This document shows positions 48,570 to 57,321 of a stretch of DNA of 57,321 bases, piece after piece. This stretch comes from a virus. Its lineage: Duplodnaviria; Caudoviricetes. Every line of letters begins with the position of its first letter. Position 1 is the first letter of the stretch. Location of the stretch: IMG/VR virus record IMGVR_UViG_3300030012_004641, positions 1-57,321 of that record, one strand, 5' to 3'. Position numbers and translations under genes: made by a program. The notes under the pieces were generated by a model, which was not told the DNA's origin, searched no databases, and saw only the letters and a program-made list of their open reading frames with translations.

Positions 48570-49322
48570 TTAACCGAATAAATCGTCTATTTTAGAATCG
48601 AGGTCAACCTTTTCTTTTGCAGGCGTTGTTGCCTCTACTGTTTCCTGCTCTTCACTTGGTGCCAAATATTTCTGAAGTGATTCCTTCATTTCGTCGAATG
48701 AGTACTTGTTAAACAACTCAGTAACATTCTTTTGATTTTCAAGGAATGATTCAACTGTTTCCGCACTGTCTGCAAGTGGGGTCTGAACTGGCTTAACACG
48801 AACGGTAGTTGTGTCATACATTTTACCAGTTTCAGCTGCGGGAATGACTTCAACAGTAACATCTCGTCCCTGAGCAATGTCAGTAATATCACCATAATCT
48901 TCATCCATCATAACTCCAAGGAGTTCTTGGTAAACCATCTTACCAAATTCCCAGAAACGTACACCTTTATCTTCTTCACCTCTAACAATTACAGGTGCAA
49001 ACGTACGCATTTTGGGATAAAGCTTTTTCGCCAATGCCATATTGTCTGGATCATTGGACTTACGTAGTTGTGATGCAAACTCCAAGATTGGGTCAGACTC
49101 ATCAAAGTTTGAGAGTGACATCATTCTGGGTTTGTCAATACCGAAGTAGAAATACAATTCAGTAAATGGTATTTCCTTGTTGTGCTTATAGGGCACAATA
49201 CGAATAACTGATTTCTCACCGCTAGGTGGTTTCCAAAAGTTGGCTTTGTAGTCTGATTTTGACTTGCCGTTGGACTTGTTTTGCAAGCGGTCCATGCGCT
49301 TTCTAATTTCGTCTAGATTCAT
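48570..49322 (-). CDS. single-stranded DNA-binding protein (T4 gp32-like)
   Basis: FWKP..G...IRIVP, WEFGK, DITD...GRD; acidic C-terminus ending DDLFG. Confidence 0.8.
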   Translation of the reverse strand: MNLDEIRKRMDRLQNKSNGKSKSDYKANFWKPPSGEKSVIRIVPYKHNKEIPFTELYFYFGIDKPRMMSLSNFDESDPILEFASQLRKSNDPDNMALAKKLYPKMRTFAPVIVRGEEDKGVRFWEFGKMVYQELLGVMMDEDYGDITDIAQGRDVTVEVIPAAETGKMYDTTTVRVKPVQTPLADSAETVESFLENQKNVTELFNKYSFDEMKESLQKYLAPSEEQETVEATTPAKEKVDLDSKIDDLFG

Positions 49323-49339
49323 GACCTTTTAATTTTGGG

Positions 49340-49371
49340 TAAATATAATAACCCAGGTCAACGAATCCAAA
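49340..49371 (-). promoter_or_regulatory. Bacteroidota-type -33/-7 promoter
   Basis: minus strand TTTG-N20-TATATTTA upstream of the SSB operon. Confidence 0.65.
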
Positions 49372-49388
49372 TTTTACCAGAAGGCTTT

Positions 49389-49868
49389 TTATTCTTTTTC
49401 GGGTTCTATTGGTTCAGGATCTAGGGCGGCTTTTAAATTACGTTTTTGCCACTCATAGGACATTTCATCTTCATTTATAGGTCCCCCTGCGGCCCAAGTA
49501 TTACAAGCCCTAGCTGAATGGCATTTAAAGTGATGCATCCAGCAATACCCTAATATGCCATCTTTATCGGCAACAGGTTCTGATGTTTTACCTGGTATAC
49601 ACTCTAACATTCTAGGTGAAATATCAAACGCAACACAGTTAGCACATACGGATTTTTTAGCTGCTTCTACTGAAGTGCGCCATTTTTTAGCTATATTTTC
49701 CCAATAATCACCAGGTTTTTCAACATTTAAAGGACCATACATAATAAAGGGTGCTTTAATAGCCCTATCACGATTAAGTGTGTTTACACGTAAATCTTGG
49801 GTTGCTGTAGGGCATTCTTTTGCACCTGCATCCTCTATAGCTTCGTTGAGTAATTTTTTTAGTTTCAT
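49389..49868 (-). CDS. Cys-rich hypothetical protein (HiPIP-like cysteine pattern)
   Basis: CANCVAF ... GYC ... CNTW; N-terminal MKLKKLLNE. Confidence 0.55.
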   Translation of the reverse strand: MKLKKLLNEAIEDAGAKECPTATQDLRVNTLNRDRAIKAPFIMYGPLNVEKPGDYWENIAKKWRTSVEAAKKSVCANCVAFDISPRMLECIPGKTSEPVADKDGILGYCWMHHFKCHSARACNTWAAGGPINEDEMSYEWQKRNLKAALDPEPIEPEKE

Positions 49869-50254
49869 TCTACTTCAATTATGGTTTTTAATCGTGTTCT
49901 AACCTTTTTAAATCCACCAGGGCGAGTTAAAAGAAGACTATTACGGAATTTACTCCAGTCCACCTGATACGTAGTATCTAAAATGCCTTCATTTAAATAC
50001 TTTATTACCTCATTTAGGGCATTTATTGTATATAGTGTGTTGGTCTGTTTTTTTCTATGGACCAATATTGTATTTTCTAATTGCAGATTATAGACAGGTC
50101 CGTCTATATTATAAGTTAACATAACTTTATCGTCGTCTAGTGACGCTAAAACAAAAATTTTGTTAAACAATATGTCGTGCTCCTCTAAAATTCTATCTAC
50201 AACTTCATCCACCCTTTCATCTTGAAGAAAGGTGCAGTAAAGTTTATTGTTCAT
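49865..50254 (-). CDS. conserved phage hypothetical protein
   Basis: LYCTF...HRKKQTNTLYTINALN; ATG at 50254 preferred over the track start at 50290. Confidence 0.65.
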   Translation of the reverse strand: MNNKLYCTFLQDERVDEVVDRILEEHDILFNKIFVLASLDDDKVMLTYNIDGPVYNLQLENTILVHRKKQTNTLYTINALNEVIKYLNEGILDTTYQVDWSKFRNSLLLTRPGGFKKVRTRLKTIIEVE

Positions 50255-50286
50255 TTGTCGGGAATTGTGTTGTTCCCGAATAAATA

Positions 50287-51612
50287 TCAAAGGGCCTCTA
50301 AAGAAGAGTATGTATTACCTCGCTTTATTTTAATAGGAAAATCAGACGAAACTACTGATTTAATCGCCTGAAGGGTTTCTTTACCGTCTTCGATTGCAAA
50401 ATCTACTAGTATAGAGTCATACACATATAAGATAATTTTACTTTTTTTACCCTCAAGTATCTGATACAGCCTTGATAACATTGTAAAATTGTATTCCGTT
50501 TCAAACGCTTGGATGTAGTAATTAAATAACTTTTGTGGGGTCATGTTTTTGTAGTTGTCTTTTAAAAGCTTGCGCCTCGCAATTACAGTTTTAACATAAC
50601 CTTTAGTATTAAATTCACCCCATAATTCGTTTATAAATTGTTGTGCTCTATTAAAATATGTATGTTTAAGATATTTTTTATTTATACCTCCATACATTTG
50701 TTGGAAAGTAAGCTCCTTACTTCGCTTATACATTTCAGAGTCTATTTCCTCAGTGTCAAAATACATTTTTGCCATTTGTGTGTGAACAGATTCGCTTTTA
50801 TCTAGTTCACCACCTGACAAACGTGCTATTATTCGTGGGTGATAACCCTCGAAATCCATTTCAATAAGCATGTCGTTATCTGCTTCAAAACCGTCTCGCT
50901 CACCTGTATCGTGCTTTAAAGCTGAGAAATTAACGCTATTAAAGTTGTTTGTAGGACGTCCTGTTGTAGTGCAAAAATTATACCATCCGTATATCTTGGA
51001 GTCGTGTATACTAAATTTTTCATTTATATCGAAGTGTTTATTAAACGTATCGTTAATTTTAAAACCTTCACTTACCATCCTTGCTAACGTAGGTGTAAGT
51101 ATTTCGTTGTACCACTTGTTTGATTCTTCACCTTTATAGTTACGAATATATGGGTAAATCGCCTCAAATTCGTTAGTCATCGCCTCATAGTGCTTTGCAA
51201 GAGGAATTATTTTATTCACGTTACTTGCGCCAAATTTGCGCTCATAGAACGTGTGTGTTCCCGTTTTAGGTAACGCAGATAATGGTTCGTTTTTTAATAA
51301 GTAGTATATGCTTTGTATATCCGTATAAGGAAGTGTAGGGATATATAGTAAAGCTTTTGTTTTTTCTTTAACGAATATGTTCGTATAAGATTGCAAATAA
51401 TTTAGTGGTAACTCTAACTCAAACCCCTCTGGGTGATCTATATTAATCATAAAACCTTTTTCCCTACTAAATGAATAGAGATATAAAGCACAAATCGATT
51501 GTAGTTTAGGGTGGGTTTCATCGTTGTTTGTAACAAATTGAAGGTAACACTCGTCACCCTCACCTTCGAAGAACCGTTCTAATTGTTCTTGTGTTTCTAT
51601 GAGGTAGTACAT
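50287..51612 (-). CDS. divergent family A DNA polymerase-like protein (no thumb, inactive exonuclease)
   Basis: TTGR, motif A DFEGYHPR, motif B KELTFQQMYG, NYYIQ, motif C VYDS. Confidence 0.82.
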   Translation of the reverse strand: MYYLIETQEQLERFFEGEGDECYLQFVTNNDETHPKLQSICALYLYSFSREKGFMINIDHPEGFELELPLNYLQSYTNIFVKEKTKALLYIPTLPYTDIQSIYYLLKNEPLSALPKTGTHTFYERKFGASNVNKIIPLAKHYEAMTNEFEAIYPYIRNYKGEESNKWYNEILTPTLARMVSEGFKINDTFNKHFDINEKFSIHDSKIYGWYNFCTTTGRPTNNFNSVNFSALKHDTGERDGFEADNDMLIEMDFEGYHPRIIARLSGGELDKSESVHTQMAKMYFDTEEIDSEMYKRSKELTFQQMYGGINKKYLKHTYFNRAQQFINELWGEFNTKGYVKTVIARRKLLKDNYKNMTPQKLFNYYIQAFETEYNFTMLSRLYQILEGKKSKIILYVYDSILVDFAIEDGKETLQAIKSVVSSDFPIKIKRGNTYSSLEAL

Positions 51613-51616
51613 ACCT

Positions 51617-51648
51617 CAAATATACGAAAAAACTTAGTAACCTCCACT
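51617..51648 (-). promoter_or_regulatory. Bacteroidota-type promoter with canonical -7 box
   Basis: minus strand AGTG-N20-TATATTTG ending 4 nt before the PolA-like start codon. Confidence 0.6.
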
Positions 51649-52434
51649 ACCTCCACTATAAGAAGGTGGAGGGGGTGAAGTAAATGAAGGAGTATATTGC
51701 ATTGGTTCATTATCTTGTATTTGAACCTGGGGGCGGTCAAAAGTTAATAATGAGTGAGGTCCACTAATATGGAATGCCCCTTCCATAGGGCCCTTATCGG
51801 GATGAATATGGTACATAGCTCCTTCAGGGTATGGAGAACCATCAGGGTAAAATAATTCATTTAACCCCGCAGTTAAGTTTTCATTGGGGTTGCTTACAAA
51901 TTCTCTTGGGTTACTAAAAAGGAATTGAATATTAGGATATTGTCTTATCATTTTTAAAACATTATCGTTATTAATCTGGGATTCCCTTAGTGACCATTTT
52001 ATTTCTCCCGAACGATACAATACATCGTCATACTCTCCTTGTTTAAATTTTTTATATCCTTCAGTATTTAATTCAAATATATTTTCGTGACGGTTTACTT
52101 GTTGGCAAAAATATCTAGTCCATATTCCTTTTTCATAATCTTTTTCAGTTGGTCGTGCTTTTGAAGCTACTGGTCTAAATCTTTTTTTAACTTTTTTATA
52201 ATGACCTGGATTTAATTGGTTATAAAGAAAATTACGAGTATTTTTTAATACTAAGTTTTCTTCAGTGTCAATTTTTTCAAGTTTAACTTTAAGGTTTGTA
52301 ATAGTATTTCCTGCAAAATATTTTTGGCCATATTGGATATAATCTCCTTTATATTCTTCTCCCGTACGAGGATTATATAATTCCTGTCCGTTAGTATATT
52401 TTACATCATATTGCGATTTAGGAATATAGGGCAT
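51634..52434 (-). CDS. hypothetical protein, probably virion/baseplate associated
   Basis: end of the structural operon; YHIH..KGPM.G..H...PH His-rich motif. Confidence 0.55.
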   Translation of the reverse strand: MPYIPKSQYDVKYTNGQELYNPRTGEEYKGDYIQYGQKYFAGNTITNLKVKLEKIDTEENLVLKNTRNFLYNQLNPGHYKKVKKRFRPVASKARPTEKDYEKGIWTRYFCQQVNRHENIFELNTEGYKKFKQGEYDDVLYRSGEIKWSLRESQINNDNVLKMIRQYPNIQFLFSNPREFVSNPNENLTAGLNELFYPDGSPYPEGAMYHIHPDKGPMEGAFHISGPHSLLTFDRPQVQIQDNEPMQYTPSFTSPPPPSYSGGSGGY

Positions 52435-52435
52435 A

Positions 52436-55400
52436 TTAAGCTAAGTTTCCGGGGTTATCTGTTAAATATAAGTTGCGTTCAGCTACTCTTCGTTTAGTTA
52501 AACCTGCTAATACTTTTCCTGCTGCTTTATTCCATCGAGGGAATTCTTCGGCTGCTCCTTCATAGTCTTGGGCATTTAGTTTTTGGAGGAGAGTTGAATT
52601 TTGTAAATTACCAGAGCCAACGTTATAAACCCAACTTGATAAAGAATCAAATTCATATTGAGTTAACTTAACACTAACATAATTTCTAATTGCCTTTTCA
52701 GCTACTCTAAGTACATGATCTTCCAATTCCCTAGTTGCTTGTTCTTCAGTAATTACATCTCCCATTTTTACTTTTACACCATTAGCATATCTAGTAGTAC
52801 CATATCCAATAGTAATAGGTTCACCGCCAGTACCTGGGTCAACATAAGCATTGGCTCTAAATCCTTCAAATTCTTTAATTAGATTTATTCCTGCTTCACT
52901 TGTTGTAAGTAAAGAAGGTATAATTCTTTCAGCAGTACCTAAAGGTGGGGGAGGTGGAGCAACAAATGTATTATCTGGAACAGCGATTTCATTTTCAATA
53001 ACTAATGGTGGTGGTAAGTCATCAGGCACAGGTGATGGTTTTTTACCTGGATTAGTAACACTAGGGCCAATAGGTTTACCTTGGTTTTCTGTTGGGAGTA
53101 TAATCATTTTACCTCCTATCTTAGTAGTCCAATCTTGTCCACTAGTTATACTTTGTTCTTCTTTAAATACAATAAATGCTACCTTATCTCTATAAGCTTT
53201 AGGCAAACGGTCACCTCTGATTTTGAATACAGAGCCTATTATGATGTTTGATATACCATCTAAGGTCATTGTAAATTCTAAAGGAATAACAGCACTTGCT
53301 CCTAAGTTTTTGTTTTTAGATTTTTCTAATTGTAAAGTTGAAGTCTGTAGTTCTTTTAAAGACGATTTTAAGTCGGCTACTTTATCGTCAGAATCATCCA
53401 CAGAACTATTTTCATCTGCGTTTACAATTTCAAAATATAAAGGAGTTAGTTTATTAAATTTTTCAGCAGCTAATAAATAACGTTTTTTGATTTTACCTTC
53501 AGCAGTTCTAGAATCAACTCCTAATCTTCTATCTTCTTTAGCAGTTTCAGATTGTTGATATCTTTCTTCTGCTTGTCTTTCTTCTTCCTTTTCCTTGTCT
53601 GTTTTTACTGGTTCTTCTTCAGGTGGGATAAAGATACGATTTTTAATATTCCTATTAAATGCTTGGAAAGTTAAATCATCTAAATCTTCTGTAGTGTCAG
53701 GGTTTTGAGCATGGACAGCTACTGTAGATTTTAATGCGTCCGGAATTGTTGCTTGTAGATCGTATTCTCTAACTACACTGTTACTTGATTGGACTTCAAC
53801 TGTAAATAATTTGTCTTTAATTTCTTTAAGTTGATTATTATCAACCGGTAGATCCATAACATATGCTGTGTTAGGGAATTCATTATCGATTTTGAAAATA
53901 AAGTTATGTAAGGGACATGCTGTGTTTACTTCATCCCATACGGCTTTAAAGAAGTCTCCTAAATCTACATCAGCTAAATCTTTACCTTTAAAACTTGAAT
54001 CATATGCTTTTAAAAGCATTTCGGTGTTCAAATAGATACCACCAATATAGTACATAAATTCTTCTTGAAGATCTAAATTATTCTTTTGAGAGCTTAACAC
54101 AAAATCAACATCTTCATCAACTAATGCTACAACAGCATTTGATGCTCGTTTCCAAATAAATTCAAAAAAATCACCTACAGCTTCAACGGCTTTACCTAAA
54201 GTTCCCTGATCAGGGTCAATTGTTTCTTTTAATCTGGGGTCAAATAAAGAGTGAGGCAATATACAAACCCCAGGATCACAACTTAAATCTATAAGGTCTT
54301 TATTATTACCTCCTGTAAATTTGAGATATTTAAGGAGTTCTACAGTTTTTTTATCATTATTGTTAGGATCGTTTCTAAAAAATTCTTGTACTATCTGTAA
54401 TTGAGGGGTTTCATCACCACTAGGACGGGGCATAACTAATTCGTTTATAAGAAACGCTAATAAATCCCACCTAACATATCCTGTATTTAGTGGGGCAGAG
54501 AATTCACCTGCGGAAGTACGTTGGTTTTTTCTTAAAATATATTGTCCTAATGCTGTTATTTTATCATCTTTAGTAAGTCCCTCGGCTTGTAAAGGGCCAA
54601 ATTTTTCTAAAATAACATCAACTATAACGTCTGCTAGTTCCCCAGATTCATTGTTAATCCAATTTTCAATAATCTGAGGGGTCCATGGTATTTCACCACC
54701 TGCTGTATCTACAGTGCCTGTAAATTTAGCTAAACCTAAAAGTATAGCTCTTAAAATATCTGGGTTTTTAATTTCTTCATCTTCTTCTTCTTTGTGAAGT
54801 TTAAAAGTAAATTCTTTTCCTGGATATAATCTTCCTAATACTGTGGAGCTGTTGCCTACTTTAAGTGAATCTATAGCTTCACCCATAGATACTATTTCTG
54901 AGTAGCAATCAAAACCGCCATCGGGGCGAGCTTGGAAGCCAAAGTTAGTTACAAAACCAAGAAAACCGTCATAATTACCTTCAGATTCTTTTTTAAGGTT
55001 TATTATTTCAGTATAAAGATCTTGTTGAATGACTTTTTCGGCAAATACTATATCAGAGCTAACTTTATGATCTCTATGGATTATACCATCAGTGCTGTGT
55101 ATGTAGGGTGACCATTGCCATTCTACTAAAACAGGATAACCAGGTCGCATATATAACATCTCCATAATAGCTAATTGCTTTAAATTATGGACTACAAAAC
55201 TTAATTTAGCTTGGCGCAATGAACCATAAGCACTTTTAGTTGCAATATCTAAACTGGTAATACCAGGCATAGGAACGTGACCAAAACCATCAGAACCACC
55301 TCTAGATGCTAATAAGGGATCACCATAAGCCGATCCTGCTTGTCCAAAAGCAGCGCTTCGGGTTTGGCCATTATTTAGTATACCACCTTGAAGTATAAAT

Positions 55401-55654
55401 CGTTTTGCTAATTGGCTACCTTTTAACTGGCTAAATTCTATCTCATTATTACCATCAGTAATTCCTAAACCGTCATCCATGCTTATAACATAGTCAACTA
55501 AAGAAGTTGCTCTAATGATACATTGCTTAGTCTGATTCCATACTAGAGCTTCGTTAGTTTTAAATCCACCATTTAAACCAGTGGCTTGAAGATCTTGTCG
55601 TTTTTGGAGTTGATTTTGTATCCATTTAGGAAATGACTGTTTAAAAATACTCAT
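52436..55654 (-). CDS. baseplate hub-like protein with C-terminal GH24 lysozyme
   Basis: C-terminal EFEG...Y.D...TIGYG, YNVG, RW..AGK.L.GL..RR..E; Pro-rich linker; structural-gene context. Confidence 0.8.
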   Translation of the reverse strand: MSIFKQSFPKWIQNQLQKRQDLQATGLNGGFKTNEALVWNQTKQCIIRATSLVDYVISMDDGLGITDGNNEIEFSQLKGSQLAKRFILQGGILNNGQTRSAAFGQAGSAYGDPLLASRGGSDGFGHVPMPGITSLDIATKSAYGSLRQAKLSFVVHNLKQLAIMEMLYMRPGYPVLVEWQWSPYIHSTDGIIHRDHKVSSDIVFAEKVIQQDLYTEIINLKKESEGNYDGFLGFVTNFGFQARPDGGFDCYSEIVSMGEAIDSLKVGNSSTVLGRLYPGKEFTFKLHKEEEDEEIKNPDILRAILLGLAKFTGTVDTAGGEIPWTPQIIENWINNESGELADVIVDVILEKFGPLQAEGLTKDDKITALGQYILRKNQRTSAGEFSAPLNTGYVRWDLLAFLINELVMPRPSGDETPQLQIVQEFFRNDPNNNDKKTVELLKYLKFTGGNNKDLIDLSCDPGVCILPHSLFDPRLKETIDPDQGTLGKAVEAVGDFFEFIWKRASNAVVALVDEDVDFVLSSQKNNLDLQEEFMYYIGGIYLNTEMLLKAYDSSFKGKDLADVDLGDFFKAVWDEVNTACPLHNFIFKIDNEFPNTAYVMDLPVDNNQLKEIKDKLFTVEVQSSNSVVREYDLQATIPDALKSTVAVHAQNPDTTEDLDDLTFQAFNRNIKNRIFIPPEEEPVKTDKEKEEERQAEERYQQSETAKEDRRLGVDSRTAEGKIKKRYLLAAEKFNKLTPLYFEIVNADENSSVDDSDDKVADLKSSLKELQTSTLQLEKSKNKNLGASAVIPLEFTMTLDGISNIIIGSVFKIRGDRLPKAYRDKVAFIVFKEEQSITSGQDWTTKIGGKMIILPTENQGKPIGPSVTNPGKKPSPVPDDLPPPLVIENEIAVPDNTFVAPPPPPLGTAERIIPSLLTTSEAGINLIKEFEGFRANAYVDPGTGGEPITIGYGTTRYANGVKVKMGDVITEEQATRELEDHVLRVAEKAIRNYVSVKLTQYEFDSLSSWVYNVGSGNLQNSTLLQKLNAQDYEGAAEEFPRWNKAAGKVLAGLTKRRVAERNLYLTDNPGNLA

Positions 55655-55959
55655 CTAACTCTATTTATTCTTTCAAATTCGTCTATAATGGGGTTAGGGT
55701 CTAAGGGGATTCTAATTTGTAATCCTGGGGGACAAACATAAGTATCGCGCCTTAATTTTCCAGGATTAGCAGTTGTAATAACCCACCATAAAGAAGAGTC
55801 ATTGTAAAACTGATATGCTAGAATATCTACACGGTCTCCATATTCTGTTTCTACATAGATATCGTCTAAGGTTTCAGGGATTAAAGGGTATATGACATTT
55901 TGTGTATACCTTTTGCCTGCAAAATCTTTTCTTATTTTAGCTTTTTGGTACCTATTCAT
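55651..55959 (-). CDS. LysM-like baseplate wedge / tail X protein
   Basis: GDRVDILAYQFY.D..LWWVI..AN...G.QIRIP. Confidence 0.8.
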   Translation of the reverse strand: MNRYQKAKIRKDFAGKRYTQNVIYPLIPETLDDIYVETEYGDRVDILAYQFYNDSSLWWVITTANPGKLRRDTYVCPPGLQIRIPLDPNPIIDEFERINRVR

Positions 55960-55962
55960 ATC

Positions 55963-56805
55963 TTATCGATTAGCGGGGTCATCGTTTCTAAGCCAGTTTT
56001 GACTTTCAGGAATACCACCTCTATGTGGTAAAATAAATGGTGAATATCTACTATTTTCAGGAGCAAAATCATGGATAGGTTTAAATTTACAACTTACATC
56101 TAGCTGGTGGGGTAATTGATTCATCCTAATTCCATCTACAGTACCTTCTCTTTCTTCAGAATCTACTTCAAAGGAGTATTTTCCTGACCAACTTAAATCT
56201 ATACTTTCAAAAAAACCTGGTAACTCATTACACCAATCACCAATAGTTAGTCTATTAAACTTAGCACGCATTCTACCATTTTTATAGCTAGGTGCCGTTT
56301 GAGCTACTAAATAATTTAGTTTTTGGTATAGTGGTTTCATTTCTTGTCTTGATTGAGCATGTATTCTAAATTTAAAAGAAACACTACGATCAAATTCATT
56401 ATATGTATAAAATTTTTCTGCCCTACCATTATACTTGTAATTATTGTATCCTGCTGTAAAATTATCGTCTACATTATCTAAATATGCTCTAAATACTAGT
56501 AATTCAGCATTAAGTGGTTTTTCAGGGTCAATAACTTGGATATTAAATCTAACTAAATCACGAGGTATTCCCCCATTTTCATCTCCATAATTAATACGTC
56601 CAGTAGCATCTATGTCAGTAATGGGGGTTAGGTTCCTTTTATCTTGGTAAGCTGTGTAAAACCCCCCGTTATCACCTGTAGTTCCGGGGGATATAGTGTA
56701 GTCAGGGTTACCTGTATCATCTAAACGGGGGAAATTTTTTCCTTTTCCTGCTCCTGGATTTCCGCGACCCATCATTCCTTCTATGTCTGGTCTCTGTGTT
56801 GGCAT
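55963..56805 (-). CDS. tail tube initiator / baseplate protein
   Basis: FRAYL...Y.GRAE.FY.Y..F.R..SF.F, RLTIGD; typical position after the tape measure. Confidence 0.6.
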   Translation of the reverse strand: MPTQRPDIEGMMGRGNPGAGKGKNFPRLDDTGNPDYTISPGTTGDNGGFYTAYQDKRNLTPITDIDATGRINYGDENGGIPRDLVRFNIQVIDPEKPLNAELLVFRAYLDNVDDNFTAGYNNYKYNGRAEKFYTYNEFDRSVSFKFRIHAQSRQEMKPLYQKLNYLVAQTAPSYKNGRMRAKFNRLTIGDWCNELPGFFESIDLSWSGKYSFEVDSEEREGTVDGIRMNQLPHQLDVSCKFKPIHDFAPENSRYSPFILPHRGGIPESQNWLRNDDPANR

Positions 56806-57320
56806 TATGCAAAGTTATTATTTACAATATTTCTATTACGAGAAGGTCCTTCACTTTGTCTTGAGTTATTAAAGTTATCATTAGTAACTTTAATTTTACC
56901 TTGACCTTCTTTCAATGCTGCTACCATTTCGGGGACAAGAGCATTAATAGTTGCTGTAACTGTTTCTTCAACAATTGCTCTAATTTCTTCTCCTGAAGCG
57001 CTCCCTGCTTGTGCCGTGGTAATACCTGCTCCTCTACCTCCGGGTGATTGAGCTCCTCCCCCACCTCCAATAACCCCTAAAGCGGCAGCTGCTGTCCCTA
57101 ATCCAGCTAATAAAGTTAATACAGGTAACGCTGGCATAAGTGCCATTGCACCTACACCCATTATCGTAAATGCACCACCTAGTGCTGCTACAGCACCAGC
57201 TAACATAGCAATATCAGTTGCCATAGGGGCTAAAGCAGATAAAGTTGGGGCTAATATTGCAAATCCCTTACCTATTCCTTGAATAGCTACACCTAGTACA
57301 GCTAGTGCACTCGCCATTAT
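56805..57320 (-). CDS. C-terminal part of a probable tape measure protein (runs off the window)
   Basis: Ala/Gly-rich amphipathic sequence; frame open to the window edge; upstream of baseplate genes. Confidence 0.6.
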   Translation of the reverse strand: MMASALAVLGVAIQGIGKGFAILAPTLSALAPMATDIAMLAGAVAALGGAFTIMGVGAMALMPALPVLTLLAGLGTAAAALGVIGGGGGAQSPGGRGAGITTAQAGSASGEEIRAIVEETVTATINALVPEMVAALKEGQGKIKVTNDNFNNSRQSEGPSRNRNIVNNNFA

Positions 57321-57321
57321 A

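Overview
A 57 kb segment of a large, AT-rich tailed dsDNA phage genome with T4-like (myovirus-type) replication and baseplate genes. All credible genes lie on the minus strand, and the standard genetic code fits. Bacteroidota-type TTTG-N19/20-TAnnTTT(A/G) promoters and a DUF4494-like gene point to a Bacteroidota host. Reading in transcription direction (right to left), there are five blocks. (1) Tail/baseplate genes: tape-measure end, tube-initiator-like, LysM-like wedge, and a hub with a GH24 lysozyme. (2) A replication and nucleotide block: an unusual thumb-less family A polymerase, SSB, RecA/UvsX, 5'-3' exonuclease, DnaB-like helicase and NrdB/NrdA. (3) A 7-deazaguanine cluster: QueD, TGT/DpdA-like, QueC, QueE, HPRT, FolE2 and a MazG-like NTP-PPase. 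(4) A split family B polymerase, sliding clamp, GroES/GroEL and clamp loader, followed by a ~16 kb glycosylation island with five glycosyltransferases plus deoxy/branched-sugar enzymes. (5) Small accessory genes, including Hsp20, a MoxR-like AAA ATPase, a YkuK-like RNase H and DUF932. No tRNA, rRNA or CRISPR array was recognised. The strongest candidates for new biology are the PolA derivative (no thumb, steric-gate Glu replaced by His, possibly a primase-like enzyme), the deazaguanine cluster with embedded HPRT and MazG, and the sugar island. All product calls come from motif recognition by eye, not from database searches.
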